Assembly: GCA_028534125.1 (NCBI GenBank)
Contig: CM052816.1
Location: 74,464,001-74,528,000 of the forward strand
Direction: 5' to 3'
DNA: 64,000 bases
Origin: Lama glama
Lineage: Eukaryota
Of the stretch, positions 12,203-25,470 are shown in pieces; positions within the stretch are counted from its first letter, which is position 1, and each line of letters starts with the position of its first letter. Under the pieces are notes generated by a model. The model ran no database searches. It worked only from the letters and a program-made list of their open reading frames with translations, and had not been told where the DNA came from. Made by a program: the position numbers and the translations under genes.

Positions 12203-12881
12203 ATTAGAACCATGGGCTTCTGTGTTAGATTAGTATAATAAATTTCTTAAGCAAGTACGTTGAAAGGCCTCTCAAATGCTGAGTCCTGTGAAAAACAAAC
12301 CAAATAAATATTAGCAAGGTAGACCAGCATGCACTGAACCTCTAGGGGGAACTAGATCAACCCCCATATAATAAGGATGTGGCGTGTGTCTGGGTTGGCT
12401 CTCAGGGTGGCAGGCAGTGTGGTGGACACCACAAGGCCCTCCCGTGGGTGATATTCCTGAGGGTCTCCCAGGAAGGTACCTCCGTAAATTCCACTGTGCA
12501 GAGCAGAAGCATATGCTCACAGCTGTGTTTCCAGGGGTTCTAAAGTTGCAGTTTCAAGCATATACGGCAGGGAGAGTGCAGCTGCCTTAATTGTGGGAGT
12601 CATGGAAATTCGTGTTGGATTTTGTGCTGCAGATCCTGGGAGCAGAGCCAGCTCCAGACTCCAGGACAGCCCTGTGTCAGTCCATACAGGGGAACAGCCA
12701 CGCTTGCCTTTGTGGGAAACCACAACTTCTCAACAGAACGCATCATACCATACTGGCATTGCTCCTCAGCGGATATCCTGAGTCCTCATAGTTTATTACT
12801 CACTTTTTCTGCAGTTCTTGGTTAGAGAGACCTGTGGTATTTTTTTTTTTTGGTTTTGTTTTGTTTTTGTTTGTTTTTTGA

Positions 12882-13025
12882 GATGCTTCTCAAACTTGAA
12901 CGGGTATAGGCATCACCTGGCAATCTTGTTAAAATGCAGATTCAGTACTGAGATTTTGCACTTTTGACAAGTTCCTAGATGCTGTGGATGCTGCTCTGGT
13001 GGCCACATTCTGAGGAGCAAGAATG
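12882..13025. mobile_element. MER5A
   Basis: cttctcaaacttg...catcacctgg...cttgttaaaatgcagattc...ctgagattttgcac...ccacattctgaggagcaag. Confidence 0.75.
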
Positions 13026-13027
13026 TA

Positions 13028-13478
13028 GCTCTGGGTTGGCCAATAGGGTAGCCACTAGCATCAGGGGGCTGTTGAGTGCTCGAAATGGGGTAGTGTAACC
13101 AAGAAATTGAATTTTCAATTTTATTCAATTTGAATTAACATAAGTTTAAAAGTGAAAGCAGTGCAAAATATGTTTCCTTAAATATAACTTTGTTTCAGTA
13201 GGACTACATTTCATTCCTCCAAAAATTTAGCATCCTAATCGAGGTGTGCTGCAAATGTAAAATATACTCCGGATTGTGAAGCTTATGAAAAAATAATGCA
13301 GAATATCTCAATAACACTGTAATTAGGTTGAGTACATGTTGAAATAATATTTTGGATATATTAGACTAAATCAAATATGTTATAAACTTTACCTGTTTCT
13401 GACTTTTTAAAATGTGGCTACTAGAAAATTTAAATTGCATACATCTCTCTCATTACATTTCTATTTGATGGTACTGGT
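13028..13478. mobile_element. MER33/MER3/Charlie1-type hAT remnant
   Basis: gtagccactagc...gaaattgaattttcaattttattc...tttttaaaatgtggctactagaaaatttaaatt...atttctatttgatggtactg. Confidence 0.75.
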
Positions 13479-13814
13479 TTAGACGGTAGAACTGATTTCA
13501 AAGGAAAATCACATTTAATTAAAAAGGAAGAATTCAGAAAATACACTGTCAGGCTTAAACTTTGAGGACCTAAAAAGAGTTGCTAAATTGGCAAATTGTG
13601 TTTCAAGGTATAGAACTAACCACAGTTTCAAGGAATCCATCCACTCTGGTCCAAGTTTTCACCTAGTTCATGGACACTCAAGGGCCCCTGGGCAGGAGAC
13701 CCAACCTAACCTTCCTGAGCAGAGGCCCTAGAAGTATAAAAACTTCTCTCCTACCTTATTTCCTCTAAAACACACCCACCCCCGTTTCCACTCTTACATG
13801 CTTGGTAGGTAGAT

Positions 13815-14022
13815 GCAGTATGGAGTAGTAGAAAGAGCACAGGCTGAAGGCCAGCTGGATTTAAGTTTGAATCCCAAATATGCAACTTGCTAGAAATACT
13901 ACATACATTTTCTAAGCCCCAGTTTTTCCATGTGTAAAATGAAAGCAAACTACCTAGTCAGTTGCTGAAAATTAAATCAGATTATTTACATAAAGCACTT
14001 GGCCCATGATTGGTTTTCAACA
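13815..14022 (+). mobile_element. MIR
   Basis: agtagaaagagcacagg...tttgaatccca...cccagtttttccatgtgtaaaatg...taaagcactt. Confidence 0.7.
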
Positions 14023-14356
14023 AAGAGCCACCACGATCGTAACAGAACAAACTCATCAAATTTCAAATTGCATTTGTAGCGCTCATGTGGGTTAGCAGAT
14101 CCTCACTCCTCCATCTATTGACTTCCAAGGATATTTCTGAAATATAACAGAGCCTTAGACATTGCAATGCTTTAGTCTAAAAGTATGTCTCACAATGAGA
14201 ATCTGAAACACTGGAATGGTTCACAAGATATTTATGACTTGGCAAATCTCTTCATTATTTCACCAAAGTGGAAGCTACCTTCTTATCCATGCATCCAGTC
14301 AGCCTTAAATGTAAAACAAATGTAGGTCAGAAGTCATGGGCTCTCCAGGTTCTATT

Positions 14357-14572
14357 GCATGGTTTCTCCACCTTAGCACTACTGGTATTTGGGACCAGGT
14401 AATTTGTTGTTTGGGGGGCTGTCCTGTGCACTGTAGGATGTTTAACATCATTACTAGCCTCTACCCACTAGACGCCAGCAGCACTCTCCTCTCCTCAAGC
14501 TGTGACTACCAAAATGTCTCTAGACACCGCCAAATGTCCCCTAGGGGACAAAATCACCCCGGTAAGAACTAC
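14357..14572 (-). mobile_element. MER20, opposite orientation to the copy at 11069
   Basis: ggggggctgtcctgtgcactgtaggatgtttaaca...aaaatgtctctagacaccgccaaatgtcccctaggggacaaaatcaccccgg. Confidence 0.88.
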
Positions 14573-14623
14573 GGCTCTATGGGAACACATCACTCACTAC
14601 GGCTCTATGGGAACACATCACTC
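14568..14623. repeat. Perfect 28-bp tandem duplication
   Basis: actacggctctatgggaacacatcactc twice, followed by act. Confidence 0.95.
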
Positions 14624-14744
14624 ACTTTAGTATCTCAATTACAAATGCTCTGATTACATTGAAATTGCATAATTACATTTACATCGAAGAATTTTTATTG
14701 TATGTAAGTGAAAGCATTTTACTTAATGCGTAAGTTCTTTTTGA

Positions 14745-15000
14745 CTACCATTGATTGAGCTCCTACTATGTGCTGAGTTCTTGCCATATGCTTTCTCATT
14801 TCATCCTGAAAATCCTTCTGTGAGGAATGTTGTATAAGAGTATTATAATCTTCATTTTATGGATAAGGAAGCTTAACTTCAGAAAAGGGAAATCATTTTT
14901 AGCCAAAACACAAACTAGTAAGTGACAAAGCTGGGATGTGAATCCAGATTTTTTTTTTTTTGTTTGTTTCAAAGCTTTTTTCCTCATATGCTGCACTGCC
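14745..15000 (-). mobile_element. MIR
   Basis: ttgagctcctactatgtgc...cattttatggataaggaagc...aagtgacaaagctgggatgtgaatccag. Confidence 0.7.
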
Positions 15001-16212
15001 TCCTTCAGTTTTATTTGGTTTTTCCTTTATGGTAAGGTTGCTTTTTTGGCCTTAGGCTCAGAGATTTATCAGCTTCGATGAGCTGTTAGATAGTTAGTAG
15101 AGACCAGAGCTTAGAGATTAACTGTCCCGTACTTGATTTGAGAAGGTCATGTACTTCACCTTTTACCCTCATTTATATAAAGGATATAGGAAAATCAGAA
15201 CCATATGTATCTCCGTACAGCAGTGCCAGATCCCCACGTGGAAACGAGAAACTAATGACAGCCCCTGCCTCTGTGAAGTTTTCAATCTGGATGGGGAAAT
15301 AAGATTTGCACATATGAAATGATCAGAAAATAAAACATTCTTGGATATACTGGAGTAGGAAATAAAATAAAACATCTTTGGATGTACTGGAGCTATACTG
15401 ACTTGCATAAAGAAAAGGTAGACCAGTATGCATTACAATAGTTCCAGAACCCATCATGGAAATGTTCTGATAGAAAAAGGAGAGACCAAAAATGGGGGAG
15501 CTGTTTGGGAAGTTGGTCATTTATAACAGGTATTGTCCTTCTCCATTTGCCACTGTGGAGTTAAGAGAGGAGGTTAGATGCATATTGGTGAGTATCTGCT
15601 TATTCACTAGCGGACAACCCTCCACCGGGCAACTCTCAAGAATAACATAAAATCATGGCCCACATTTGCTTCTTTCTCTCTTCCAAGTCACAATCTCTGC
15701 TCACTTCTAAACATAAACCAAAAGATAAACACATAGAAGAGTTAAAGAAGCAACATCTATTTCAGACATAAAAGAGGATTCCGGGAACAGGACTTTGGCA
15801 TTTTCAGAGAGAAAACACTTTATGTGCAGTCATACACCCTTAGGGCTGGAAGAGGCCTTGGCAGTCAGCTAGGCCCACCATTTCACTTTGCAGATGAAGG
15901 AAATGATGTTCAAAAAAAGAGAAATTAATTGGCCAATGTCTCACAGCTGGTAAGAAGCCCAGGCTCCGGGTTTGGCTGCCTCCATGAAGTTAAAGTCATG
16001 GTCACTAAACACGGATGACTTCTTTGTTATTATTATTATATGTTTACTTCTTATCTACCAACCTCTAAGGCTCTACCAAATTTCCAAGTGTCATATTTAT
16101 AGAGAGCAAACCAGGCTTGTTCTTGAGTCCTAGACTCTGACAATATTAAAATGTCCCATTGATAAGAAAAACAGATCAATGATTAGGCATTCTGAAAGCT
16201 TATAAGAAACAA

Positions 16213-16382
16213 GTCAGATCCATGGTTTTCTGGAGGTGAGGATGGGGGGATTGATTACAAACAGAGAAGAGAACTTTCTAGGGTAACAGAAATATTCTGT
16301 ATCTCATTTGGGATGGTGGATACATGAATGTATATATTTGTCAAAATTCCTTAAACTGTTTGAAAATGTAAAAAAAAAAAAA
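16213..16382 (+). mobile_element. Old L1M 3'UTR fragment ending in an A tract
   Basis: gaactttctagggtaacagaaatattctgtatctc...ggatacatgaatgtatatatttgtcaaaattc; possible TSD AAGAAACAA at 16204-16212 and 16383-16391. Confidence 0.65.
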
Positions 16383-16494
16383 AAGAAACAAATGAAGCAA
16401 AGCTTATAAGCAGCAAAATGATTAATTATTTTAAGTACTAACATTCAACCACGTAATGAGTTCAGAATTCCATGCATAATCAACCTATTTTATT

Positions 16495-16510
16495 ACACTA
16501 GATGGCAGCA
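16495..16510 (+). promoter_or_regulatory. Candidate CTCF-binding motif
   Basis: ACACTAGATGGCAGCA against the CTCF core CCACYAGRKGGCRS; motif match only. Confidence 0.35.
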
Positions 16511-18399
16511 GATAGGTATCTAGGTAGAGCCAGTTAACAAGGAAACTGAAAACAAAATGAAACTACATACAGATGGGGTCCAAATTTGCTTGAAGAAAGT
16601 GAAAGTTTTCACAAGCATTAAGCTCTTACATGCTCTCGAACAGCCTTGAAGTTGTGGTTCTTGTGTGTGTGTGTGTGTAAATTTTTTTTTTCCTGGAGAT
16701 TCCTTCTTACACAGAGTAGAGGGCAAAAAATTGTAAATTGCTGCAATGTTGAACTGTACAATCTTTGGCTCTTGGAAGGAGGGCAATCTTTTATGTGTTT
16801 CCAGAATCTTTTCTTCTGGCCATTAGAGGCAGAGCAATAGTCAGAGGATGGGGGATGTTCAGCAGTGAAAAGCCCGGCCCGGGAGGAGATGTTGCAGGAT
16901 AGGATGTCAGGATTCGCAGGACAGAAACATCTACTAACAAAAGCAGGCTGTGAATGCTGGCAACAGAGGTGTTTGACATTAAGAAATTGTAGAGGCTACA
17001 TAAACACCAGCAGGACCAAAAGATTATCTAAGTTATTGTCTTCAAAATGGATCATGCAAGATGATTCACTGGGAATGAAAAGAACACACTAAAGCTTTTA
17101 CTAATATGTGGTGTTTAACGTAGAAATTAAGGTTTACTAACATTGAACATGGAGAGTTGCATATTTCAGAATGCTGTGCATATATATAATTTACAACCAT
17201 GTGAACATGTATATTGGGTATATGCGTTCAAAAATTATTTTACTAATGGGATATAGAATCTAAACTTAAGTGACCTATGGCTGAGCATAATCCCTTTACA
17301 GATGAATGAGTAAAATGGGGTGAGAGGCTTAGGGTCTGCCCAGGTCACTACAGAGCATAGATTCTTTCATTCTTAATTATTCGACCTCTTTCCACTTCTT
17401 TCTGTCCTACTTTCATCTCTCCCTCAGGTTTAACTTATCGGGTATACATGTAGGTACACAGGTCCAGGGCACACAACTGAGTTCCTTATCCTCTTACAAC
17501 TCTCCAAGTACCTTTATCCTTCAAGGATTCTCTGTTGAAAGCACTAAGGTACAAGGAATATTAAAGAGAAGGCATTTGCCCATCAGACAAAATGCAACCA
17601 TATGCAAAGGAAGGACCTGGATATTAAAGCAGAAAGACACGACAGGATAAGCTAAGTGCTTATTCCTATAATTAAATCTTGTCGAACGGACACTCATAAA
17701 CAGGAGAATTACTAAAAATGTATTCACTATTTTGAACTGCACAGGAGAATGAGGAGTGGCTTAAAAATAAAGGGTTGATGTGGTTTTAGAGAAAATAGCC
17801 TGGCATCCTAGGGGTGGGGTGCACAAGGGGTTTCCCTTCCGGATGAGGGGTTTCCGCGGCCCTAATGGTTTCTCCATGTTGGCTCCCTTTTCTCTGCAGG
17901 GCTGATACCAATGGTCCACAGAAATTCTGCTGCAGGAGTACGTGCCCTTCTCACAGGCCAGTGTATCAAAACCCTGAGGGAATGGCGCGCTCTCCACCTG
18001 GGGAACCTGGGAAACGTCCGGGCTCTAGAGCTACACCCCAGGCTGACCGATCAGATACTCTGGGAGGGGCTTAGGAATCACTGTTTTTGATTCCCCTGGT
18101 TGATTTGCATACTTCAGGCAGAACGTGTTGTGTGATAACTACATAAGGAGAAAAGACAAGATCGGAGGTTTCCCCGCTGGCCTAGGGTTATTAGGGGCTC
18201 ACTTTTGAAAGACAGCATTCTACTCCTGTTATGGACTTCAGTAAGATGTAAGATGACTTCTGGCTCATAAAGAAAATTAAACACTAGAATGGATACATTT
18301 AGGGAGAGATTGTAAATCTTCATCTTGAAATGGACAGCCTGTTTTGGGTCTTTTGAGATGTGCCTTTACCTACATGGACGGCAGGGCCCTGGGACAGGC

Positions 18400-18620
18400 T
18401 CAGCTAACACTTAATGCATGTAACTATGTTCTAGAAACACATACATTTAATGCTCCAGGCAACCGTAGAAGGCAGTCAGTACTATCCCCGCTTTATAGAT
18501 GGCATATAAGAAAGACCTTGAGAGTCGTATGTCTCAGCTAAGTTCATTCAGCTACTAAGAGGCAGAGGTGGGATCTGAACCAGATCTCTGAAATTTATAA
18601 CCAGTATATTCTCCACTGTT
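18400..18620 (-). mobile_element. MIR
   Basis: tactatccccgctttatagatgg...cagctactaagaggcagaggtgggatctgaacc. Confidence 0.6.
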
Positions 18621-19349
18621 CTCATACCATTAAACCCTTCTGGTTCTAAGATTCAGGGTACCATGAATAACAAATGAGAGAAAAAGTAAAAGTATAGAGG
18701 AGACAGGAAAAAAAGAGGGAAAGGCTAGTGTATCTGGCAAAAAGGAAATATGCAGACATTCCCTTTGACCATTTAATAGAACTATAATAACCCTTACAGC
18801 AAAGGGGAGTGAAGGAATCTTTTTAAACCGATGACTTAGCACCCTTGAAGTTATAGGTCAACAAACAGGAAGTATTCACTTAAATTGAACTAGAACACAG
18901 AGTTCCTGTCTTGAGAGAAATTTATAGGATCGTCAACAGTGACAAGTGGTTGGGTCAGCTGTTGAGTTTCACATCGTCCATGGACAGTACAGGCTTAGTA
19001 TTCCCCCGGAGCAATGGTTCCTCACTGAGTCAAGAAGCAAGAGCTCTCAATTAAGAGACACAGCTGCCACTTCCTATACTAACCAAGATTTCTTGGGTGG
19101 TCTCTCACCATGCTGTAATTATTAATGTAACTTTATTTATGGGCTCAGATGAGTCTTAGCACAGAGCTGCATGGTTGTTATCCAACTGAGCCAATACAGC
19201 TGTGTGACATTTGTTACCATGCCTGTGATGCAATTTTACAAGTACATAGTTAATTTTTCTCTCTTTTCTCTGTTTCACTTGAACCTCTGTTTTGCATTGT
19301 TTTAGGTCAGTGAATAGGGATTGACTGAACAAACCCGGGGGTAAGAACA

Positions 19350-20075
19350 AGGCAAGGGTGACAGAAGGAGCTGAGCTTTGGGGCCCATGCTCCCTGAGTT
19401 TCAATCCTTGCTTCTTTAAGAAAATAATATCTTTTCCTAGAGTCTGATTGTCCTCAAATTCAGTGAAATGGGAATATAAGTGTTATCTTACTGAATGACT
19501 GTGAGATAAACTCTAAAAAGTGCCTGCTTAGTAAACGTTCTTTCCCCCGTAATTCACACATGAGTGTTGATTTTAATGTATTTATTATGATAACAGGAGC
19601 TAACGTTTATTAGCTGACAGTCCCCACTCTCAGAGCTTTTGGTGTGTTATCTCATTTAATCCTTTTAACAAGTCTTTACGTGATGGGGACTGATCAGTAT
19701 CCCATGGTAAAGATGGGAAAATCTGGGCCAAGAGATGGGAAGCACAATGCCCAGGAAGTCCTATTTCAAAGCCCACACTCTCAATCTCTGTGTATCACTA
19801 CTTGCCATTATTCTAGAAGAAGAGTTCTACATCAAGAAGATGTACAAGGCAGCACAGCACAGGGGTAACGCACAAGGGTGCTTGGGTCGGGAAGCCCTGC
19901 TCTGTACTCCTTAGCTGTGTGTGCGCTGGGCAAGTTACTTATTCTCTGCGTGCCGCAGCCTCCTTATCTGTTAAATAAGGGTAATAGTCGGACTGTTATG
20001 ATAATCACTAATGATTTAAAATATGTAAAGGGTTTAGATTAGCACGTGGCAAACATGAGGTAAATACTATTATGT
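19350..20075. mobile_element. Cluster of three MIR fragments (about 19350-19540 +, 19590-19800 -, 19850-20075 +)
   Basis: MIR core motifs: gggcaagttacttattctctgcgtgccgcagcctccttatctgttaaataagggtaata and atctcatttaatcctt. Confidence 0.65.
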
Positions 20076-22184
20076 TAATAAGGTATTTCCAGGTGGTAAG
20101 TCTGATGATGAATGTCTTCAACATGGAACTGGAAACAATCCGTTGTGTTCTCTCTCCTTCCAATGATTACAAACTTTCCTTACAATTCTGCATCCAATAA
20201 TAACTTTGTTTGCGTTTTAGGAACTAAAGCAGTATCTCAATTTCTCCTTAATGCAATTACCCACTTTGGCCTCTCTGTGAGGTGCACAGTATTGAAACTC
20301 ATTTAGGTCAGTGAAATCACAGGGTAAGAAACAGAGAAGAAACAAACATATGGCCTTTAAAAGCAGGCACTCATCAGACCAGAGACCCCATCTGACACCC
20401 TAGCCATACCCACCACATGCAGACTGTAATTTTGAAAATTCATGTGTAGCAGAGTCATCCCTTTTAAAGACCTACTTTTAAAGACCATAGTTTATTTTTC
20501 GAGGTCAAAAAACTAGAGTTCAGGGTTTGAAGTTTGAAAGTTCAGAATTCTCTGCAGTTGTCACAACTACCTGTGCCACACAATCCAGCACTTCCCTTTC
20601 ATCTGCTTGCTTTAAGGAGTGGATGAGTGCAATATTTGACTTAATTCTTGTAACAAGGAGTTTACCACGTTCTAATTTCCTCTGGCCAACAAATCTCGGT
20701 TTATGACTCGCAGTTTGAAAGCTGTGCATTAGCACAGCTCTACAATAAAGTAGCACTCAACACGTTTCCCTTTTTGATTGATCCTAAATAAAAGCAAACA
20801 ATTAAATGATACCCCCAGATAGTTTACCATGTAGCTCATTCATAAGATTTAAAACAATGCCTTTTTCTTTTGTACTTGTTTTGGTTAACTTTTCTTTTTT
20901 TAATTCAGGACTTTAATTTAAGGGTGATGTGAATATACTATCAGGTTGAAGAGCACACTTTAAAAATACTTGTACTGGGACACAATAGTTAAGTTGAGAA
21001 TACAGCAGAAGTCCCACCAAATGGAATCAGCTAATGCAACTTTCCCTTTTAATACAAAACTACCATCCATCTTCTGGATTGATACTGTCAGTCTGGGAAA
21101 AGTTTTTGAGTAAACATACTCACTGGACAGATGAGCTAGGGAGAATGAGTGGAAACGAAGGAGCAGAGAGAGGAGAGACTGAAAGAAACTCAGTGTATCA
21201 CTCTAAGAAGTATGTCTCTCCCATTTCTCATCGCCCTAGGATATACTACGGTCCAGCTGAGAAGAAAGCCTGTCTCTTGGTCCATGTGTGTCTACTAACT
21301 TGGGGGCCCTGGCCTGCTCTTCTCAATTCCTCACTGATAAAAGGCTACCATGCACCAAGTTTTCTGTTTCATTCTCAATACTGCATAGGGAATCCACTCA
21401 AAACCTGGTCCAGCCTTGAGAATCTGGAGGTTTGCGAACCGATTTGGGATTCCCAAGACGATGTAAGGTGGTGGAAAGACTAGAGATGTGGTTGGGTGGA
21501 GACTGAAGGTTATTTATGACCAAACCATTATAAAATAGAGACTTTGCCTCCTGGATGTGAGCCAGACACACTTGAGGGGAACACACGAACAGTGTGTCTT
21601 CTTTAGGATTCAATCATAGGAAGCCCAGGCCTTATCGACATTTATGAAAAACTCCCATTCATGAATATCCCCCAGAATCACTCTAGGGGTCCTTCCTGCC
21701 CAGGCAGGACCTTTTTTACTAAGATGAAGAAATTGGGAAAACTCTATTCGCTTGATTTCTTTTCCCCATTCGACAGTTCCACTTCCTTCCAGCAAAGTCC
21801 CTATGGAGCAGGTTAGACAGTAAATCCAGTTTATTCTAATGAAGACCTATAACCATTTTAAATTTTCTTGGGGTTTATAGCTGTAAGCTGACAGTGATTA
21901 CCTGCACTCATGAATTTACAATGCTTGGAAAGGTGCTTAAGATAAAGGTTATGTTACCAACTAGCTGGAGTATCTGGTTCAGGGTCCCCAAAGGACAACC
22001 ACAATTACAGCAATCACGTGCTTCACAAAGAAAGACTTCCATATGCTATATATTGTTATCACCTTCACTAATTTCGCATGTTTTATTTCAATTATTGATG
22101 TGATTACACTTCATGCACTTGATGTGATTACAAAGTAGTACAACTTCACATTTTAATCATTATGCAGGCACTCATGTATTTAAA

Positions 22185-22292
22185 TAACATTATCTTTAGA
22201 AGTGAGTCCTTTGGGAAGTGTTAAATAAATCCCAATGAAGTTGTTACTGCTCAACATTTTAAAACTCTTCCTTGGGAATTCTCTTTAGAGTT
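22185..22292. mobile_element. Possible ancient mariner-type (MARNA-like) fragment
   Basis: gaagtgagtcctttgggaag...cccaatgaagttgttactgctcaacattttaaaactcttccttgggaattctctttagag resembles the recalled MARNA consensus. Confidence 0.4.
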
Positions 22293-23489
22293 AAATTAAT
22301 TCATGAGCCACATAAGAAAATCAGGCCTATTACTCTTTAGTCCCAACCAACCTAATTTAATAATACAGTGAAAGTTTTTGGAGCAAATGATTTCATTATC
22401 TGGAACTGGCTGGCACTGGCATTTTCCTGTCCTTGCTTGCAATTTCCCCAGGCAACTGCAGATAACTGGGGTAGTGAACAGAATGGACGCGTTTAAGTGC
22501 CACTGTTGTTCTCTGTAATATTATCCCCAGTAAATTTATGTAACATCACGGTGTAAGGAAAATGGGGACAAAAGAACCCTCAATAAATTGTAAGCCTTCA
22601 GCTCCAAAGGAAATACCTTCTTTCTTTCTAACTCCTGGCCCCCTAAACTATCCACTCCCTAGGTCATTTAAGATCATTTTATGTTCATAATAGGTGCTCA
22701 GAAACTACTCCCAATTCACTAGGTTGAAGGTTGGAACCTACCTTTCTAATTTTTCCTTCCAACTGAAACCTAGATTTCTTAAAGGAAAAGACTCTGGTTT
22801 CTCCCCTGGATGGCTGGCTCACCACCAAAGTAAACAAGAGTTTCAGAACATTCTCAGTTTTCTCAACCCGTCACATTGCTTTATAGCAGTCAAACTAAAT
22901 TCTTGTCTTGAGCTACTTTATTTTCAAAATCTCTGCAGAAATCACCCTCCTCCATGCCCAGGATCGTGCTTTTTAGATTTAATTATTTTCACCAGTTCTG
23001 ATAGATCATTTCATCTCCTGGCTGTTCTTCTTGTGCACGAGGAGGTTGTTTTTGCAGAGTGGGAAATAAGGCCCAAGGAGTAGATCATAATTTTCCAGAT
23101 GTCTGTTTTCAAAAAGCCCTTCAAAGAGAACCAGCCTTTTTGGCTTTGTCTCCTCTTTAGTGAGGCTTCATGGCTTCTGTTACTTTGCAAATACCAAGTG
23201 CCCCGCACCTTATTGCTTTGAGATGTTCCTCTTTTCCTGAATACGTTTCTTCAGTTTATCTTCCCAGATCCATTAATTAAAGTATTTTGTTTATTTTTAA
23301 TTATTGTTATTATTTTACAAGTAGTCCTTATTGATAAAATTCCGTTAGTACCCCTTTAAAAAGTGTTCTGAAGGCTCTCACATACTGGGTTTGCTCTGTG
23401 TGATAACATTTCCCCTTGTGTTAATGAAATGTTAATGACTTCCTAAACCACGCATTTTCAGAACTGGTTAGAAAAAGGAAGGAAACTAA

Positions 23490-23660
23490 CATCATGTTCA
23501 GTGGAAATTTTTATGCACCCTTATAAAGGAGGTAGCGCTTATCCTTGTTTACAGATCAGTAGCTTAAGGCTCAGAGGTTAAGCAATTTGTCCCAAGTCCC
23601 ACAGCTAGTGAGTAGCAGTGTCAGAATTCCAGCCACGTCTGCCTGGCTCAGAGTTTGGGT
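23490..23660 (-). mobile_element. MIR
   Basis: aggctcagaggttaagcaatttgtcccaagtcccacagctagtgagtagcag. Confidence 0.75.
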
Positions 23661-24814
23661 GCTTGGGCAAGGCTTCTCAGAGGGCTGGCTCCTTGGAGTT
23701 TCAGTTTCCAAATACTCCTCTAATCTGACGGAAACTTAAGAAAATTCAGTTGAGTTGTTTGAACCTCTCAGACAGAAAAGATTATCATTACTGATTCCAA
23801 GAACAAGAAATATTGGTCAGGTTCAAGAGACAGGATCTTAAGGGCTAAAGGTATGCCAGGTTGTCCTAAGTTTGTTGAGGATGCTACAAAGTAAGCAAAG
23901 TCTGAAAAAACTCCAATCCGCAGGCAGTTGTCATACAAACTGCCCATTGGGTATACGAAATATTTCTATTTCCTCGTCCTCTTTAGTAATAATAATAATA
24001 ATAACTCATTTAGAAAAGTCATACTGAGGAAGGAGGGTAAGTAAGATAAATCTGTTTAGAGGCTTGGGGTAAATAGAGGAATAAGGAATAGAGATGAAGT
24101 CAAGAAGACAAAGTATTTTCCCTTTCATCCTCCAAAACACACATATACACATTCGCCAACTCCTTGCACTGCTGGCCACGTCCTCCTTCACCCAAGAAAA
24201 TAACCCGAGAGCCTGGGTCCACGACAGTCTCTGTTTCTCTGTCTGGAGCAGCCCACAGCTTCCTCTCCTTTGAAAACCCCTTATGGTTTGCAGAGTCCTA
24301 CAATGCTAGAAAGCAATGTGCAAACCTTGGTCATACCTGATCCTTATAAAGGTGAGAGTCTATATATAATTTTTGCCTTTTATGAAAACAAAGGGAACAG
24401 GCTCAAGCGGTCCCTGACTTTTACACGCTGGAGTAAGCTACTCTAGGCCCGGTTTTCTGACTATGCTCTTTCTACTTGTTTATATTGCTTATTGCTGGAA
24501 ATCTCTGGTTTAAAAAAAATTTTTTTTTTAAATTGACATAAGCCTTACACACAGTGAAAACACAAATTTAAATGTACACTTCAATTATCTGACAGATGCA
24601 CCCTAGGTATGATATAGAACAGCTGGTCTTTAATTTCTGGCAGCGTCAAATCTAGGACCACTGGACTAGTCTATTAAAGGGAAAGAAAGCGATCCTCAGG
24701 GAAATACAATTTTTATTTAAAAATTTTAAAGTTAAAACTTTAAAAGTCATATTCAGGCAAGTAAAACTTTAGGCACTTCATATATCTATTGCCTTTTTGC
24801 CAAAAGGGAAGAGG

Positions 24815-24919
24815 GGAAAAGCAATATGAATATATGTATGTATATGCAAGACTGGGACGTTGTGCTGTACACCAGAAATTGATACATTGTAATTGACTGT
24901 ATTTCAATAAAAAAAAAAA
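24815..24919 (+). mobile_element. L1 3' terminal fragment with polyA running into the gap
   Basis: tgtgctgtacaccagaaattgatacattgtaattgactgtatttcaataaaaaa. Confidence 0.85.
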
Positions 24920-25419
24920 NNNNNNNNNNNNNNNNNNNNNNNNNNNNNNNNNNNNNNNNNNNNNNNNNNNNNNNNNNNNNNNNNNNNNNNNNNNNNNNNN
25001 NNNNNNNNNNNNNNNNNNNNNNNNNNNNNNNNNNNNNNNNNNNNNNNNNNNNNNNNNNNNNNNNNNNNNNNNNNNNNNNNNNNNNNNNNNNNNNNNNNNN
25101 NNNNNNNNNNNNNNNNNNNNNNNNNNNNNNNNNNNNNNNNNNNNNNNNNNNNNNNNNNNNNNNNNNNNNNNNNNNNNNNNNNNNNNNNNNNNNNNNNNNN
25201 NNNNNNNNNNNNNNNNNNNNNNNNNNNNNNNNNNNNNNNNNNNNNNNNNNNNNNNNNNNNNNNNNNNNNNNNNNNNNNNNNNNNNNNNNNNNNNNNNNNN
25301 NNNNNNNNNNNNNNNNNNNNNNNNNNNNNNNNNNNNNNNNNNNNNNNNNNNNNNNNNNNNNNNNNNNNNNNNNNNNNNNNNNNNNNNNNNNNNNNNNNNN
25401 NNNNNNNNNNNNNNNNNNN
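24920..25419. other. Assembly gap (exactly 500 N)
   Basis: Run of n characters. Confidence 1.
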
Positions 25420-25470
25420 TGTCTTGGCTACTGTAAATAGTGCTTCTATGAACACTGGGGGGCGTGTACA
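25420..25470 (-). mobile_element. L1 ORF2 3' fragment emerging from the gap
   Basis: The reverse complement encodes MFIEALFTVAKT, compare MFIAALFTIAKT in the 51364 L1. Confidence 0.8.
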
